Below, one piece after another: positions 20,169-30,362 of a stretch of 64,000 nucleotides of DNA (position 1 is its first letter; each line of letters starts with the position of its first letter). Where the stretch lies: NCBI GenBank assembly GCA_027622195.1, contig JAQBZO010000005.1, positions 18,861 through 82,860 of the forward strand. Reading direction: 5' to 3'. Under the pieces are notes generated by a model that worked only from the letters and a program-made list of their open reading frames with translations, ran no database searches and was not told the DNA's origin. This stretch comes from Planctomycetota bacterium. GTDB lineage: Bacteria; Planctomycetota; Phycisphaerae; Phycisphaerales; SM1A02. Both the position numbers and the translations under genes were made by a program.

Positions 20169-20657
20169 ATGCCAACCAAGATTTCCAGACACCGTGCCAT
20201 CAGCCGCCTCGTTGGCGGAGGTGGAATCCAGAACCAAGCGCAACTCGCGACGGCGCTGTCTCATCTGGGATTCGAGGTCACGCAGGCCACCCTGTCTCGC
20301 GATCTCACTGAACTCAGTGTGCTCAAGGGCACCGATGGCTATGTGCTCGCCGAATCCGTCGGCGCCGTTGGCGTTCCTGACCTGAACCACACGATGCGAC
20401 AATGCCTCGCCGAAGTGCATGCGGGCGGAACGATTGTGGTGCTGAAGACTGCGCCTGGGCAAGCGAGCGTTCTCGCAGTCGCTGTGGACGGAGCACAACT
20501 CGACGGAGTTCTCGGAACCATCGCTGGAGACGATTGCATCTTCGTTGCCACGGCATCGGACGCACGCGCGCGCAGTGTGTCGAACTCCTTTCGCAAGATG
20601 ATCGAACTGCCCACATCTACTCCACGACGATTGGTTCGCGCAGGAGGGCACCGCTGA
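20169..20657 (+). CDS. argR: Arginine repressor
   Basis: VTQATLSRDL, VVLKTAPG, GTIAGDD. Confidence 0.95.
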   Translation: MPTKISRHRAISRLVGGGGIQNQAQLATALSHLGFEVTQATLSRDLTELSVLKGTDGYVLAESVGAVGVPDLNHTMRQCLAEVHAGGTIVVLKTAPGQASVLAVAVDGAQLDGVLGTIAGDDCIFVATASDARARSVSNSFRKMIELPTSTPRRLVRAGGHR

Positions 20658-21742
20658 TGACGCGCGTAACGCAACCAACTATTCCCGTCGCCGTCGTTGG
20701 CGCAGCGGGCTACGCAGGAGCCGAACTGTGCGAGCGTTTGCTCAATCATCCGAGCGCCACGATCTCAGGATTGTTCGGTTCACGCGGCCGCACCGGCGAT
20801 GGCTCATCGTTTAGCACACTTTTCCCCCGTTTTCTCGGCATTCTCGACACTCCGATCGTCGCGGGAACCGCCGACGCCATCATCGCCACAGGCGCGAAGG
20901 CGGTGTTTCTTTGTACGCCGCATGAGGCGAGCGCGGAACTCGTCCCTACTCTGCTCGACGGTGGATTGACTGTGTTCGACCTCTCAGCCGCATTTCGTTT
21001 GCGCGACGCTTCGCAGTACGAGAGTCACTACGGGTTTGTCCATCCATCGCCCGAACTCTTGACTCGTTCCGTGTACGGGATGGCTGACCTCTTCGCGAAT
21101 GAGATCTCGACCGCGAATCTCATCGCGGTCCCTGGTTGCTATCCCACCTCTGCGATTCTTCCAATCCTTCCACTGCAGGAGGCGGGATTGATTCGCCGCG
21201 ATGCTCCTGTCATTATCGATAGCACGAGCGGAGTGAGCGGTGCGGGACGAACGGCGACGACGAAGTCGCTCTTCTGCGAAGTGTCTCAGCAGGCGTACGG
21301 CGTCTTGAACCACCGGCACGAACCAGAAATCGCTCAGTGGAGTCGCACGGATGTCGTCTTCACCCCACACCTTGGACCATTCGATCGCGGCATCCTCTCG
21401 ACGATTCATCTTCCGCTTGCCGATGGAGTGACAGATGAAACATTGCGCGCGGTGTGGGCGGACCGATTCGCGGGAAGTGCATTCGTCCGCATTCTTCCGA
21501 GTGGAACGTGGTCAAGCGTTGGCGCGGTACGCGGCACGAATATGTGCCATATCTCTCTCGCGACGAGTGAACATCGAAAACACGCGGTCGTGACGAGCGC
21601 GATCGACAACTTGGTCAAGGGGGCAGTTGGGCAAGCGCTCCACTGCTTCAATATCCGCTTTTCCATTGCGCCAGAAACAGGACTCGGTCTCTTCGCGTCA
21701 CATTCGTCGGCGCGCATTCCACAGCAATTGGTGAACGCATGA
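20657..21742 (+). CDS. argC: N-acetyl-gamma-glutamyl-phosphate reductase
   Basis: VGAAGYAG, DLSAAFRL, VPGCYPT, SGVSGAGR, IDNLVKGA. Confidence 0.96.
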   Translation: MTRVTQPTIPVAVVGAAGYAGAELCERLLNHPSATISGLFGSRGRTGDGSSFSTLFPRFLGILDTPIVAGTADAIIATGAKAVFLCTPHEASAELVPTLLDGGLTVFDLSAAFRLRDASQYESHYGFVHPSPELLTRSVYGMADLFANEISTANLIAVPGCYPTSAILPILPLQEAGLIRRDAPVIIDSTSGVSGAGRTATTKSLFCEVSQQAYGVLNHRHEPEIAQWSRTDVVFTPHLGPFDRGILSTIHLPLADGVTDETLRAVWADRFAGSAFVRILPSGTWSSVGAVRGTNMCHISLATSEHRKHAVVTSAIDNLVKGAVGQALHCFNIRFSIAPETGLGLFASHSSARIPQQLVNA

Positions 21743-22551
21743 GCGAACGCATCATCATCAAACTCGGCGGCGCGCTGCTCGATAGTCCGACAGAACTCGG
21801 TGCGATTTTGAATGCCATCGCGACGCGCCACGCCACGAACCCCGGATCGATCATCGTCGTTCACGGCGGGGGAGCGGCCATTGATCGCCAACTCTCTGCG
21901 CTTGGAATGGAGATTCAAAAACGCCAAGGCATTCGAGTCACTCCACCTGAGCAGATGGACCAAGTTGCAGCAGTGCTCGGTGGACTCACGAATAGTTCGC
22001 TGACCGCTGCACTCAACGCGCGCGGCGTGCAAGCCATTGGACTTCGATTGCTCGATGGAGGACTCACCAAGTGTGAGTTGTTCGATCCTGCACTCGGGGT
22101 TGGTCGGGTCGGACGCGTGGTTTCTGGAGACGCCACGAGCGTCGAAGCTCTCCTTCTCGCGGGGATGCTGCCCGTCATCGCTCCCATCGGTGCTGACGCT
22201 CAAGGTGGACTCCTCAACATCAATGCCGACGATGCCGCATCCGCCCTTGGATTCATCCTCGGCGCAACGGGACTCCTCCTTCTCACGGATGTGCTTGGTG
22301 TGCTCGATCCATCAGGATCCGTCATCCCGACACTGGACGCGAGGCAGATTGAGGCGCGTCTTGCCGACGGAACGATCACTGGCGGAATGATTCCGAAGGT
22401 TCGCAGTGCACTTGCCGCCGCGATCGCTGCCAATGCTCCGGTCACGATTGCTTCGTGGCGCGGAGCATCTGCACTCCTCGCCATCGCGAGCGGAACATCC
22501 GTTGGAACAGCCATTCTGCCGCATCCATCACTGCAAGGAGTCGCCGTATGA
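21739..22551 (+). CDS. argB: Acetylglutamate kinase
   Basis: IKLGG, VHGGG, RVT, NINAD, GGMIPKV. Confidence 0.95.
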   Translation: MSERIIIKLGGALLDSPTELGAILNAIATRHATNPGSIIVVHGGGAAIDRQLSALGMEIQKRQGIRVTPPEQMDQVAAVLGGLTNSSLTAALNARGVQAIGLRLLDGGLTKCELFDPALGVGRVGRVVSGDATSVEALLLAGMLPVIAPIGADAQGGLLNINADDAASALGFILGATGLLLLTDVLGVLDPSGSVIPTLDARQIEARLADGTITGGMIPKVRSALAAAIAANAPVTIASWRGASALLAIASGTSVGTAILPHPSLQGVAV

Positions 22552-23498
22552 CCATCTCGCCACCGCCCACTCGCGCCATTGGATCTCGCGGACTCGCGCG
22601 CGTACTCGATCTTTCGTCCATCGAGATTGAATCGATTCTCTCGCTCGCCGAACGGCTGCGCCTCGAAGGGTATGGCGCATTCTCAGAATCCATGCGCGGG
22701 AAGTCGCTCGCACTCGTCTTTGAGAAACCCTCGCTCCGCACGCGTGTTTCATTCGAGGTTGGATTTCAGAAACTCGGCGGATCGGTCATTTTTCTCGATC
22801 AACAAGCGAGTCCACTCGGGTCACGCGAGACTCTTCCCGACTTCGGTCACAACATCGAGCGGTGGATTGATGTGGTCGCAGCGCGCGTGATGTCGCACTC
22901 GACGATTCTTGAACTCTCGAACGCGATGTCGATCCCCGTGATCAATGCGCTCTGTGATCGGCACCATCCATGCCAAGCACTCGCCGACTATCAGACACTG
23001 GCGTCCATCGTTCCATCACTTCGTGAGTCGCATCTCGCGTGGGTTGGCGATGGCAACAATGTGTGCCATTCGCTCATCGAGTGCGCTTCCGCGGTGGGTG
23101 GACGAATCACCGTCGTGACTCCGAAAGAGTGCACGCCATCGCCAGCGATCTGTGCAGATGCACAAGGCCGCGCCATGCGCACAGGAGCGAATCTCACCTT
23201 CTCGAATGATCTCGCCGCGATCGAGGGGGCCGATGCGGTCTATACCGATGTGTGGGTCTCGATGGGAGACACCGAGGGCGATCGCAAGATCGAACTCTTG
23301 TCCCCCTACCAAGTCAATAGTCGCGTGATGCAAATAGCTGGGCCAAGAGCGAAGTTTATGCATTGCCTTCCAGCCAAGCGCGGCATTGAAGTGACCGATG
23401 AGGTCATCGATTCTCCACAATCCATCGTTTTCGATCAGGCAGAGAACCGCATGCATGCGCAGGCGGCACTCCTCCTCTCACTCCTCCAGCACTCTTGA
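22548..23498 (+). CDS. argF: Ornithine carbamoyltransferase
   Basis: FEKPSLRT, HPCQ, GDGNN, YTDVWVSMG, HCLP, QAENR. Confidence 0.95.
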   Translation: MTISPPPTRAIGSRGLARVLDLSSIEIESILSLAERLRLEGYGAFSESMRGKSLALVFEKPSLRTRVSFEVGFQKLGGSVIFLDQQASPLGSRETLPDFGHNIERWIDVVAARVMSHSTILELSNAMSIPVINALCDRHHPCQALADYQTLASIVPSLRESHLAWVGDGNNVCHSLIECASAVGGRITVVTPKECTPSPAICADAQGRAMRTGANLTFSNDLAAIEGADAVYTDVWVSMGDTEGDRKIELLSPYQVNSRVMQIAGPRAKFMHCLPAKRGIEVTDEVIDSPQSIVFDQAENRMHAQAALLLSLLQHS

Positions 23499-23551
23499 AC
23501 GCAGCACACTCGTTTTTCATTCGCACCAATTCTGAGAAAGCATTTCACCCT

Positions 23552-24790
23552 ATGGACTCCCACTTGCCCAACTGTCACAAAGTCGCACTCGCCTATTCGG
23601 GTGGACTCGATACATCCTGCGTCATCCCGTGGCTCGTCGAGACGATCGGTTGCGAAGTCATCGCCGTTGTTGCCGATGTCGGTCAAGGTGCCGCTGAACT
23701 CAAGGGAATCGAGAAGAAGGCGAAGGACACCGGAGCGAGTGGATGCGTTGTCCTCGACCTTCGCCAAGAGTTCCTTGAAGAGTTCGCATTTCCCATGGCA
23801 CTTTCGGGCGCGGTGTATGAGGGGCGTTACCTCATGGGGACGAGCATTGCTCGTCCGTGCATCGCGCGTGGACAAGTTCGCGTTGCCCTTGAAACGGGAT
23901 GCGATGGACTCGCCCATGGTTGCACCGGCAAGGGCAACGATCAAGTTCGGTTCGAGAGCACCTATGCCGCGCTCGCGCCACACCTCACCGTCGTCGCACC
24001 GTGGCGCCATTGGACATTGCGAAGTCGTGAGGACATGCTCGAATACTTGCGCGTCCGCAACATCCCCACCACGGCGAGTGCCACCAAGATCTACTCGCGC
24101 GATGCGAATATCTGGCACATCTCGCACGAAGGAGCTGAACTCGAGGATCCGTGGAATGCCCCAAGCGATGAGGTGTGGATGTTGACTGCAGATCCATCGA
24201 AGGCGCCCGATGTTGCCCAAGAAGTGCTCATCACCATCGAGCAGGGAGTTCCTGTTGCGGTCGATAGAAAGCGGCTCTCTCCCGTTCAATTGCTCGAAGT
24301 GCTGAACGCGATTGGTGGACGCCACGGCATCGGCCGCGTCGACCTGTGCGAGAACCGACTCGTCGGAATGAAGAGCCGAGGTTGCTACGAAACTCCAGGC
24401 GGAACGATTCTCATGGAGGCACTTCGCGGACTCGAGCAACTCGTTTACGACCGCGACACGCTGCATTTCCGTGAGAGACTCGCCCACGATTTCGCTGAGA
24501 TGATTTACAACGGTTCGTGGTTCACTCCTCTGCGCGAAGCGATCTGGTCTTCATTCGAGAGCATGGCTCGCGTGATGGATGGCGAAGTGATCGTGCGCTG
24601 TTTCAAGGGATCGGCCACGGCGACCCGCCGCCGCAGCCCGAACAGTCTCTTCTCGCACGCGTTCGCCACATTCGGTCAAGACGAGGTCTACAACCAAGCG
24701 CACGCTGAAGGATTCATCCGACTCTTCTCCCTCCCCTCTCGCATTCGCGCGCTCAATCAATCCGCCCGCGTTCAGGAAACCGTCTCGTGA
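23552..24790 (+). CDS. argG: Argininosuccinate synthase
   Basis: [41 protein letters not shown]. Confidence 0.97.
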   Translation: MDSHLPNCHKVALAYSGGLDTSCVIPWLVETIGCEVIAVVADVGQGAAELKGIEKKAKDTGASGCVVLDLRQEFLEEFAFPMALSGAVYEGRYLMGTSIARPCIARGQVRVALETGCDGLAHGCTGKGNDQVRFESTYAALAPHLTVVAPWRHWTLRSREDMLEYLRVRNIPTTASATKIYSRDANIWHISHEGAELEDPWNAPSDEVWMLTADPSKAPDVAQEVLITIEQGVPVAVDRKRLSPVQLLEVLNAIGGRHGIGRVDLCENRLVGMKSRGCYETPGGTILMEALRGLEQLVYDRDTLHFRERLAHDFAEMIYNGSWFTPLREAIWSSFESMARVMDGEVIVRCFKGSATATRRRSPNSLFSHAFATFGQDEVYNQAHAEGFIRLFSLPSRIRALNQSARVQETVS

Positions 24791-26652
24791 CCACGCTCTA
24801 CGCTGGACGTTTTTCTGGAGAGGCAGACCCTCTCTTTCGTCAGTTCAACGACAGTCTTCCATTCGATCACGCACTCGCGTCTGAAGACATCGAGGGATCG
24901 ATCGCTTGGGCTCGCGCGCTGATGGGCGCGGGAGTGTTGACTCCTAGCGAATTCAACTCACTCGAAAGTGCGTTGCGTGAGATTGAGGCGGCTGCGGTTT
25001 CCGATCCAGCCTGTTTCCACTGCGCGAAGGACGAGGACATTCACTCATGGGTTGAACGCGAGCTCGTGGCTCGTGTGGGCGATCTTGGAAAAAAACTGCA
25101 CACGGGTCGCAGCCGAAACGATCAGGTCGCCACTGATCTTCGACTCTGGATCCGCACGGCAATCATCGCGCGGCAGCAGGAACTGGATATCACGATCACT
25201 TCGTTTCTCGCCCTCGCTGAACGAGAGCGTAGCACCGTGTTTCCTGGATACACCCATTTGCAGCGTGCACAACCCGTGCTCTTTGCGCATTGGTGTTTGG
25301 CGTATGTCGAGATGCTGCTGCGGGACCGCGACCGACTCGGCGACGCGGGACGGCGCGCTGGACAATGTCCACTCGGATCTGGAGCGCTCGCGGGCACCGC
25401 ATATCCAATCGATCGTGTCGCCATCTCCGATGAACTTGGATTCGACGGCCCAACAGCGAACTCGCTGGATGCGGTGAGCGACCGCGACTTCGTGGTCGAA
25501 ACGATTGCAGCGATCAGTCTCGCCAGTATCCATCTCTCGCGCTTTGCGGAAGACTTGATCTTTTACACCTCCACCGAAGCGGGGTTCATTGAACTCTCTG
25601 ACGATGTGACCAGCGGATCAAGCCTGATGCCGCAGAAGAAAAACCCAGACGCCCTTGAATTGATTCGAGGCAAAGCGGGTCGGCAAGTGGGGCACCTCGT
25701 CTCGATCCTCATGACCTTGAAGGGACTCCCCCTCGCCTACAACAAGGATCTTCAAGAGGACAAGGAACCGCTCTTTGATGCGATGGAACAACTCTCGATG
25801 TCTCTTCGCATGGTGCCGCGCGTTCTCGATGGACTTCGAGTCAATCGTGAACGATCGCGCACGGCCGCTGAAGGTGGGTACTCCAATGCGACAGAACTCG
25901 CGGATTACCTCGTCTCCAAGGGAGTCCCCTTCCGTGACGCCCATCATGTGACCGGTCGGCTCGTGCGTGCTGCAATCGCAGACCAGAAACCGCTCGAAGG
26001 TCTCTCGATTGAACGGCTCGCGAAAGAAGATTCGCGCATTACTTCGGATGTCTTTGTCGCGCTCAAAGTGGACAATGCCATCGCCAAGCGCGATGTGCTC
26101 GGAGGCACCGCAGCCAATCGCGTAAAGGAAGGCATCGCTTCGCGCCTCCGCGCCCTCGCAGGACGCCGCACCTTTGAACTTGAAGACGGCATGATCGAAA
26201 TTCGAGAGGCATCGGTCGATGATGTCACAGGGATTCACTCGATCGTCGAACACTGGGCGAGGCTCGGAGAGCACCTCCCGCGTACAGCCGACGAAATCTT
26301 GGAACGACTCAGCGACTTCGGCGTTGCCGTTCGCGATGGACGCGTCGTCGGGTGCGGATCGCTACTGATTTATACGCCGCAACTCGCCGAAATTCGATCA
26401 CTTGGGCTCCTTCCCTCTGTGCACGGAAGTGGACTCGGTCGACGGCTTGTCCGCTACTTCCTCGACTGGGCGGCTGAACTTCATGTGCCTAGCGTGTTCG
26501 TCCTCACCCGCGCTCCGAGTTTCTTCAGCAAGTGCGGATTCCGACAGGTCAGTATCAACAGCCTTCCCGACAAGGTTCTCAAGGACTGCGCACGCTGCCC
26601 TCGCAATGCGAACTGCGATGAAGTCGCGATGGTGTACGACATTCCCGTCTAA
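24787..26652 (+). CDS. argH: Argininosuccinate lyase fused to C-terminal GNAT N-acetylglutamate synthase, ArgH(A)
   Basis: [27 protein letters not shown]; extra ~155 aa with [32 protein letters not shown]....CDE. Confidence 0.95.
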   Translation: MTTLYAGRFSGEADPLFRQFNDSLPFDHALASEDIEGSIAWARALMGAGVLTPSEFNSLESALREIEAAAVSDPACFHCAKDEDIHSWVERELVARVGDLGKKLHTGRSRNDQVATDLRLWIRTAIIARQQELDITITSFLALAERERSTVFPGYTHLQRAQPVLFAHWCLAYVEMLLRDRDRLGDAGRRAGQCPLGSGALAGTAYPIDRVAISDELGFDGPTANSLDAVSDRDFVVETIAAISLASIHLSRFAEDLIFYTSTEAGFIELSDDVTSGSSLMPQKKNPDALELIRGKAGRQVGHLVSILMTLKGLPLAYNKDLQEDKEPLFDAMEQLSMSLRMVPRVLDGLRVNRERSRTAAEGGYSNATELADYLVSKGVPFRDAHHVTGRLVRAAIADQKPLEGLSIERLAKEDSRITSDVFVALKVDNAIAKRDVLGGTAANRVKEGIASRLRALAGRRTFELEDGMIEIREASVDDVTGIHSIVEHWARLGEHLPRTADEILERLSDFGVAVRDGRVVGCGSLLIYTPQLAEIRSLGLLPSVHGSGLGRRLVRYFLDWAAELHVPSVFVLTRAPSFFSKCGFRQVSINSLPDKVLKDCARCPRNANCDEVAMVYDIPV

Positions 26653-26676
26653 CGCGCAGACTTTGGCGATTCCAAC

Positions 26677-27888
26677 ATGGCACACACTTCTCATTCGATC
26701 ACCTCTCTCTCGCTGCCACTCCATTGGCCAAACGGATTCACCTCGAGTCTCGCCACGGCTGGACTCAAGCCTTCGGGCAAGGCTGACCTTGCGTTACTCG
26801 TCTGCGATCGCGGCGCGACGGCGGCGGCGGTCTTTACGAAGAACCTTGTTCGCGCAGCACCACTCGAGATCTCTCGCGCTCACCTCAAGAAGTCGAATGG
26901 ACGCTGTCGCGCTCTGATCGTCAATTCAGGATGCGCGAACGCGGCGACTGGACCAGAAGGGACAAGGCGTGCGGAAGCGGTGTTGCGATTGCTCGCGCCA
27001 CAACTTCACTGTGAACCTCACGAAATCCTCGTCAATTCAACGGGGATCATCGGCGTGCAACTGGATACCGCGAAGATCGAGGCGGCACTTCCCACACTGG
27101 TCTCTCGACTTGCACCCGGCGACATCACCCCATTCGCCACGGGCATTCTCACGACCGACACTCGAATGAAAACGGCGGGCGTGCGTGTTCGAGATGCAGA
27201 GGGTCGCACAGCGGTCGTCGTCGGCGCGGTCAAAGGGGCTGGGATGATTCATCCAGACATGGCGACGCTCATCGGCGTGATCACGACCGACGCTGCCATC
27301 GACGCGAGTGCACTCGACCTCATTCTTCGCGAAGCAGTCGACCGCAGTTTTCACCGAATCTCGATCGACGGAGATACCAGCACCAACGATGCGATCTTCG
27401 CCCTTTCGTCTGGCACATCCACCGAGGTCGATCGCGTCGCTCTTCAAGAAGCATTCACCGAGGTGGCTCTCGACCTTGCGCGGCAAGTCGTTCAAGACGC
27501 CGAAGGATTCGAGCGAGGACTTGAAATCACCGTGCGCGAAGCTCGGACCGCCGAAGAAGCGCTGCAGATGGCGCGCACCGTTGGGCAGAGTCTGCTCGTT
27601 CGCACTGCGGTCACGGGCGGCGATCCCAATTGGGGACGCATCCTCGCCGCGATGGGCCGAGCGGGAGTTCTCTTTGATCCCAACACGGCACAAGTCACCG
27701 TGAACGGACTTCCATTCTTTGTCGATGGCGCGCCTGCTCAGACAGATCGAGCGCAACTCGCGAACGCATTCAGTTCGCCGCACGTCCACCTCGAGATCAA
27801 TGTGCGCTCAGGGAGCGCGAGCGATCGGTTTCTAACGTGTGGGCTCACGCGTGCGTATGTCGAGTTCAATGCGAATTACACGACCTAG
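26677..27888 (+). CDS. argJ: Ornithine acetyltransferase ArgJ
   Basis: NSGCANAATG, ILTTDT, KGAGMIHPDMAT, DGDTSTND, DPNWGRI, NANYTT. Confidence 0.96.
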   Translation: MAHTSHSITSLSLPLHWPNGFTSSLATAGLKPSGKADLALLVCDRGATAAAVFTKNLVRAAPLEISRAHLKKSNGRCRALIVNSGCANAATGPEGTRRAEAVLRLLAPQLHCEPHEILVNSTGIIGVQLDTAKIEAALPTLVSRLAPGDITPFATGILTTDTRMKTAGVRVRDAEGRTAVVVGAVKGAGMIHPDMATLIGVITTDAAIDASALDLILREAVDRSFHRISIDGDTSTNDAIFALSSGTSTEVDRVALQEAFTEVALDLARQVVQDAEGFERGLEITVREARTAEEALQMARTVGQSLLVRTAVTGGDPNWGRILAAMGRAGVLFDPNTAQVTVNGLPFFVDGAPAQTDRAQLANAFSSPHVHLEINVRSGSASDRFLTCGLTRAYVEFNANYTT

Positions 27889-28266
27889 TCAACGAACACG
27901 GGGCGCGCATCCTCGAGGATTTTCGCAATGCCAAGCGGCGCGTACGGTGCAATATCCACCATGGCGGTCCGAACCGTTGCGACCTGATTCTTCGTAATGC
28001 GCTCGCCGTGCCACGCAGCAGCGCCGGCAACGGCAACCAGATAGATCAACATCGCCCAAGTGCGACACCAGTGCGGCTGCTGGCGAGTCGCAGGTCGCGC
28101 GTGCAGCAGAGAGTGCTTGGCTCATCTGGCCCCCCATTCCCACGAGCGTGTCCTGAAGTCGAGCGAGTTCCCACTCAATGTCATCGTCTGCGACTCCGTC
28201 CGTGCGAAGAGCGTTCGAGAGTGCGAGTCGAATCGCCCTCACATAGGCGATGGAGTCTCTCGGCAT
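27885..28266 (-). pseudogene. Small hypothetical protein interrupted by an apparent +1 frameshift (possible sequence error)
   Basis: SD GGAG and ATG at 28266; removing one base of CCC at 28055-28057 gives ...VSHLAMLIYLVAVAGAAAWHGERIT...PVFVD* ending at 27885. Confidence 0.5.
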
Positions 28267-28624
28267 CGTGCTCCGTGGCTTCTACGCAGCTCGGTGCGGC
28301 GAGGTGTCTCAATGATGCATTCGCCCTGTTTCTCGACCAAGAGCAACCTGATCGCATTCGCGGGCGTGCCCTGCGAGTGGGCCCCCACCCACTCAAAAGA
28401 ATCTCTGCCATTTTTTGACGGTTCTTCGGGGAAAACCCATTTCTGCCGGTATACCTACGAGCCGATTCTGGGCGGCTCGCGCCGAGTTGTCTGGCAAAGA
28501 TGAGTCCTTCCTCGGGACAGCGAATGATCTCTGGGGCATTCGAAGTCGGTGCCACGGCAAAAAACTGCCCCCTCCATGTAATCCATGGAAGGCTGTGGCT
28601 TTTGTGCCCACCCTGCTCACTTTT

Positions 28625-29620
28625 TCAACCAAACTGGCGCAGAAACCGAGCGTCGTTCTCAAAGAGCCACCGAATGTCGGAAATCCCGTGCTTTCGCATG
28701 GCGATGCGTTCGACACCCAGACCGAAGGCGAATCCAGTCCACTCTTCTGGATCGATTCCGACGGCAGCAAGGACTGACGGATCCACCATGCCGCATCCTC
28801 CGAGTTCCACCCACTGCCACTGACCCTTGATGTGCATTTTCATGTCCACCTCTGCGCTGGGCTCGGTAAACGGGAAGAAACTCGGCCTCATTCTCACTTC
28901 CGCTTCTTCACCAAAGTAGGCGTGCGCGAACTGAATGAGCGTCGTCTTGAGGTCGGCCATTGAAACGCCACGATCGATAGAGAGCCCCTCGATCTGGTGG
29001 AACATTGAATAGTGAGTCGCATCGTGCGTGTCGGGGCGATACACGCGACCGACCGCGACCACCTTGAGCGGCAAGGACATCGTCTCCATCGCACGAATCT
29101 GCACCGTCGAAGTCTGGGTCCGAAGCAATCGAGGAACTCCGCCGTCGAGTGGCATGAAGAAATTGTCAGTGCGCTCGCGCGCGGGATGCCCCTCTGGAAT
29201 GTTCAGCGCTGTGAAATTATGCCACTCATCTTCCACCTCGGGACCATCCACCACGCTAAATCCCATGAGACGAAAGACGTCGACGATGCCGTCCATCGTG
29301 CTCGAGATGGGATGTCGACGCCCGAGCCCTTGCACCGTCCCCGGCTCCGTGAGATCCATTCCCACCTGGTTGGATGTGGACTCCAGCGCCTCTTTTCGAT
29401 CAGCGAGTTTTGCTTCAAGTCCCACCTTGAGTTCGTTCACGCGCTTCCCCAGTGCGGGCTTCTGTTCACGAGGGGCGTCCTTGAGCCGATTCATCAACTC
29501 CTTCAATTGACCGTTCGAACCAAAGTATCGAATGCGCCAACTTTCGAGTTTTTCGGAATCGGTCGCCGCGGCGAGTTCGTCCATCGCCGCGCGCTCCATC
29601 TCATCGCACTGTGAAAGCAT
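28625..29620 (-). CDS. pheS: Phenylalanine--tRNA ligase alpha subunit
   Basis: NFTALNIPEGHPAR, LLRTQTS, DATH, FHQIEGL, FPFTEPS, GFAFGLGVER. Confidence 0.97.
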   Translation of the reverse strand: MLSQCDEMERAAMDELAAATDSEKLESWRIRYFGSNGQLKELMNRLKDAPREQKPALGKRVNELKVGLEAKLADRKEALESTSNQVGMDLTEPGTVQGLGRRHPISSTMDGIVDVFRLMGFSVVDGPEVEDEWHNFTALNIPEGHPARERTDNFFMPLDGGVPRLLRTQTSTVQIRAMETMSLPLKVVAVGRVYRPDTHDATHYSMFHQIEGLSIDRGVSMADLKTTLIQFAHAYFGEEAEVRMRPSFFPFTEPSAEVDMKMHIKGQWQWVELGGCGMVDPSVLAAVGIDPEEWTGFAFGLGVERIAMRKHGISDIRWLFENDARFLRQFG

Positions 29621-29637
29621 GCCCAAAGTGTATCGGC

Positions 29638-29670
29638 ATAAAAAAAGGGCGACTCGCGTGAGTCGCCCTT
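29638..29670 (-). terminator. Intrinsic terminator ending the ribosomal protein cluster
   Basis: AAGGGCGACTC-ACGC-GAGTCGCCCTT then T run on the minus strand. Confidence 0.9.
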
Positions 29671-29698
29671 GAAACAAACCTTGTTCGGTCGCAAATCG

Positions 29699-30319
29699 TT
29701 AGGCAGCAGCCTCGGTCGATGGAGCTGGAGCAGCAGTTGCGCTCGCCATAGCCTTGCGCTTCTCGGCGGCGAACTTGGTTCGCTTGTCGGCTGCCGTGCG
29801 GCGACCGCTTGTTCCACCAGAGACCTGCGAGCCGCTCTCGCGACCCACCAACTGAAGGACGACCAAGTCCGTCGCATCACCCACGCGACGCTTGTCCATC
29901 TTCACGATGCGGGTGTAACCACCTGGACGACCCTCCATCAGCGGGACAACCTTCGTGATGATGTGCTGAATTAACCGAGGAGCCGACTTCAATTCGCCGA
30001 AGCGGTTGAACTCGATCTCGGTCTCAGCTGGAAGGTCCCAAAAATCGCTGCGCTTGCGCTCAGCTTTGACATTGGGATCAGCCACCCATGCAAACACATT
30101 GCGGTCCGTCAATCGGCTGGTCAAGAGGCGACGCGAAGCAAGGGTTCGCTTGCGAGCCGCCGTGATCAACTTCTCGACATAGGGTTGAACGGCCTTCGCC
30201 TTGGGCAAAGTCGTGACAATCTGTCCATGTTCGAACAGTCCCGCAGCGAGGTTGCGAAGCATCGCGCGGCGATGGTCGCTGTCGATGCAAAGTTGCTTTC
30301 CTGAAATCTTATGGCGCAT
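29699..30319 (-). CDS. rplQ: 50S ribosomal protein L17 with internal insertion and C-terminal tail
   Basis: MRH, HRRAMLRNL, TTLPKAK, RPGGYTRIVK. Confidence 0.95.
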   Translation of the reverse strand: MRHKISGKQLCIDSDHRRAMLRNLAAGLFEHGQIVTTLPKAKAVQPYVEKLITAARKRTLASRRLLTSRLTDRNVFAWVADPNVKAERKRSDFWDLPAETEIEFNRFGELKSAPRLIQHIITKVVPLMEGRPGGYTRIVKMDKRRVGDATDLVVLQLVGRESGSQVSGGTSGRRTAADKRTKFAAEKRKAMASATAAPAPSTEAAA

Positions 30320-30362
30320 ATCTAATTCCTTCTGGGCGCAGAGAGCCCAGCATTCAATACAT

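Noticed and set aside
22548..23498. ArgF as N-acetyl/succinyl-ornithine transcarbamylase because of SLRT
   Set aside because: DxxxSMG ornithine-binding loop is present, so canonical OTC
28267..28624. 358-nt gap after pheS as a gene or ncRNA
   Set aside because: ORFs look non-coding; only short scattered hairpins; no recognisable RNA family
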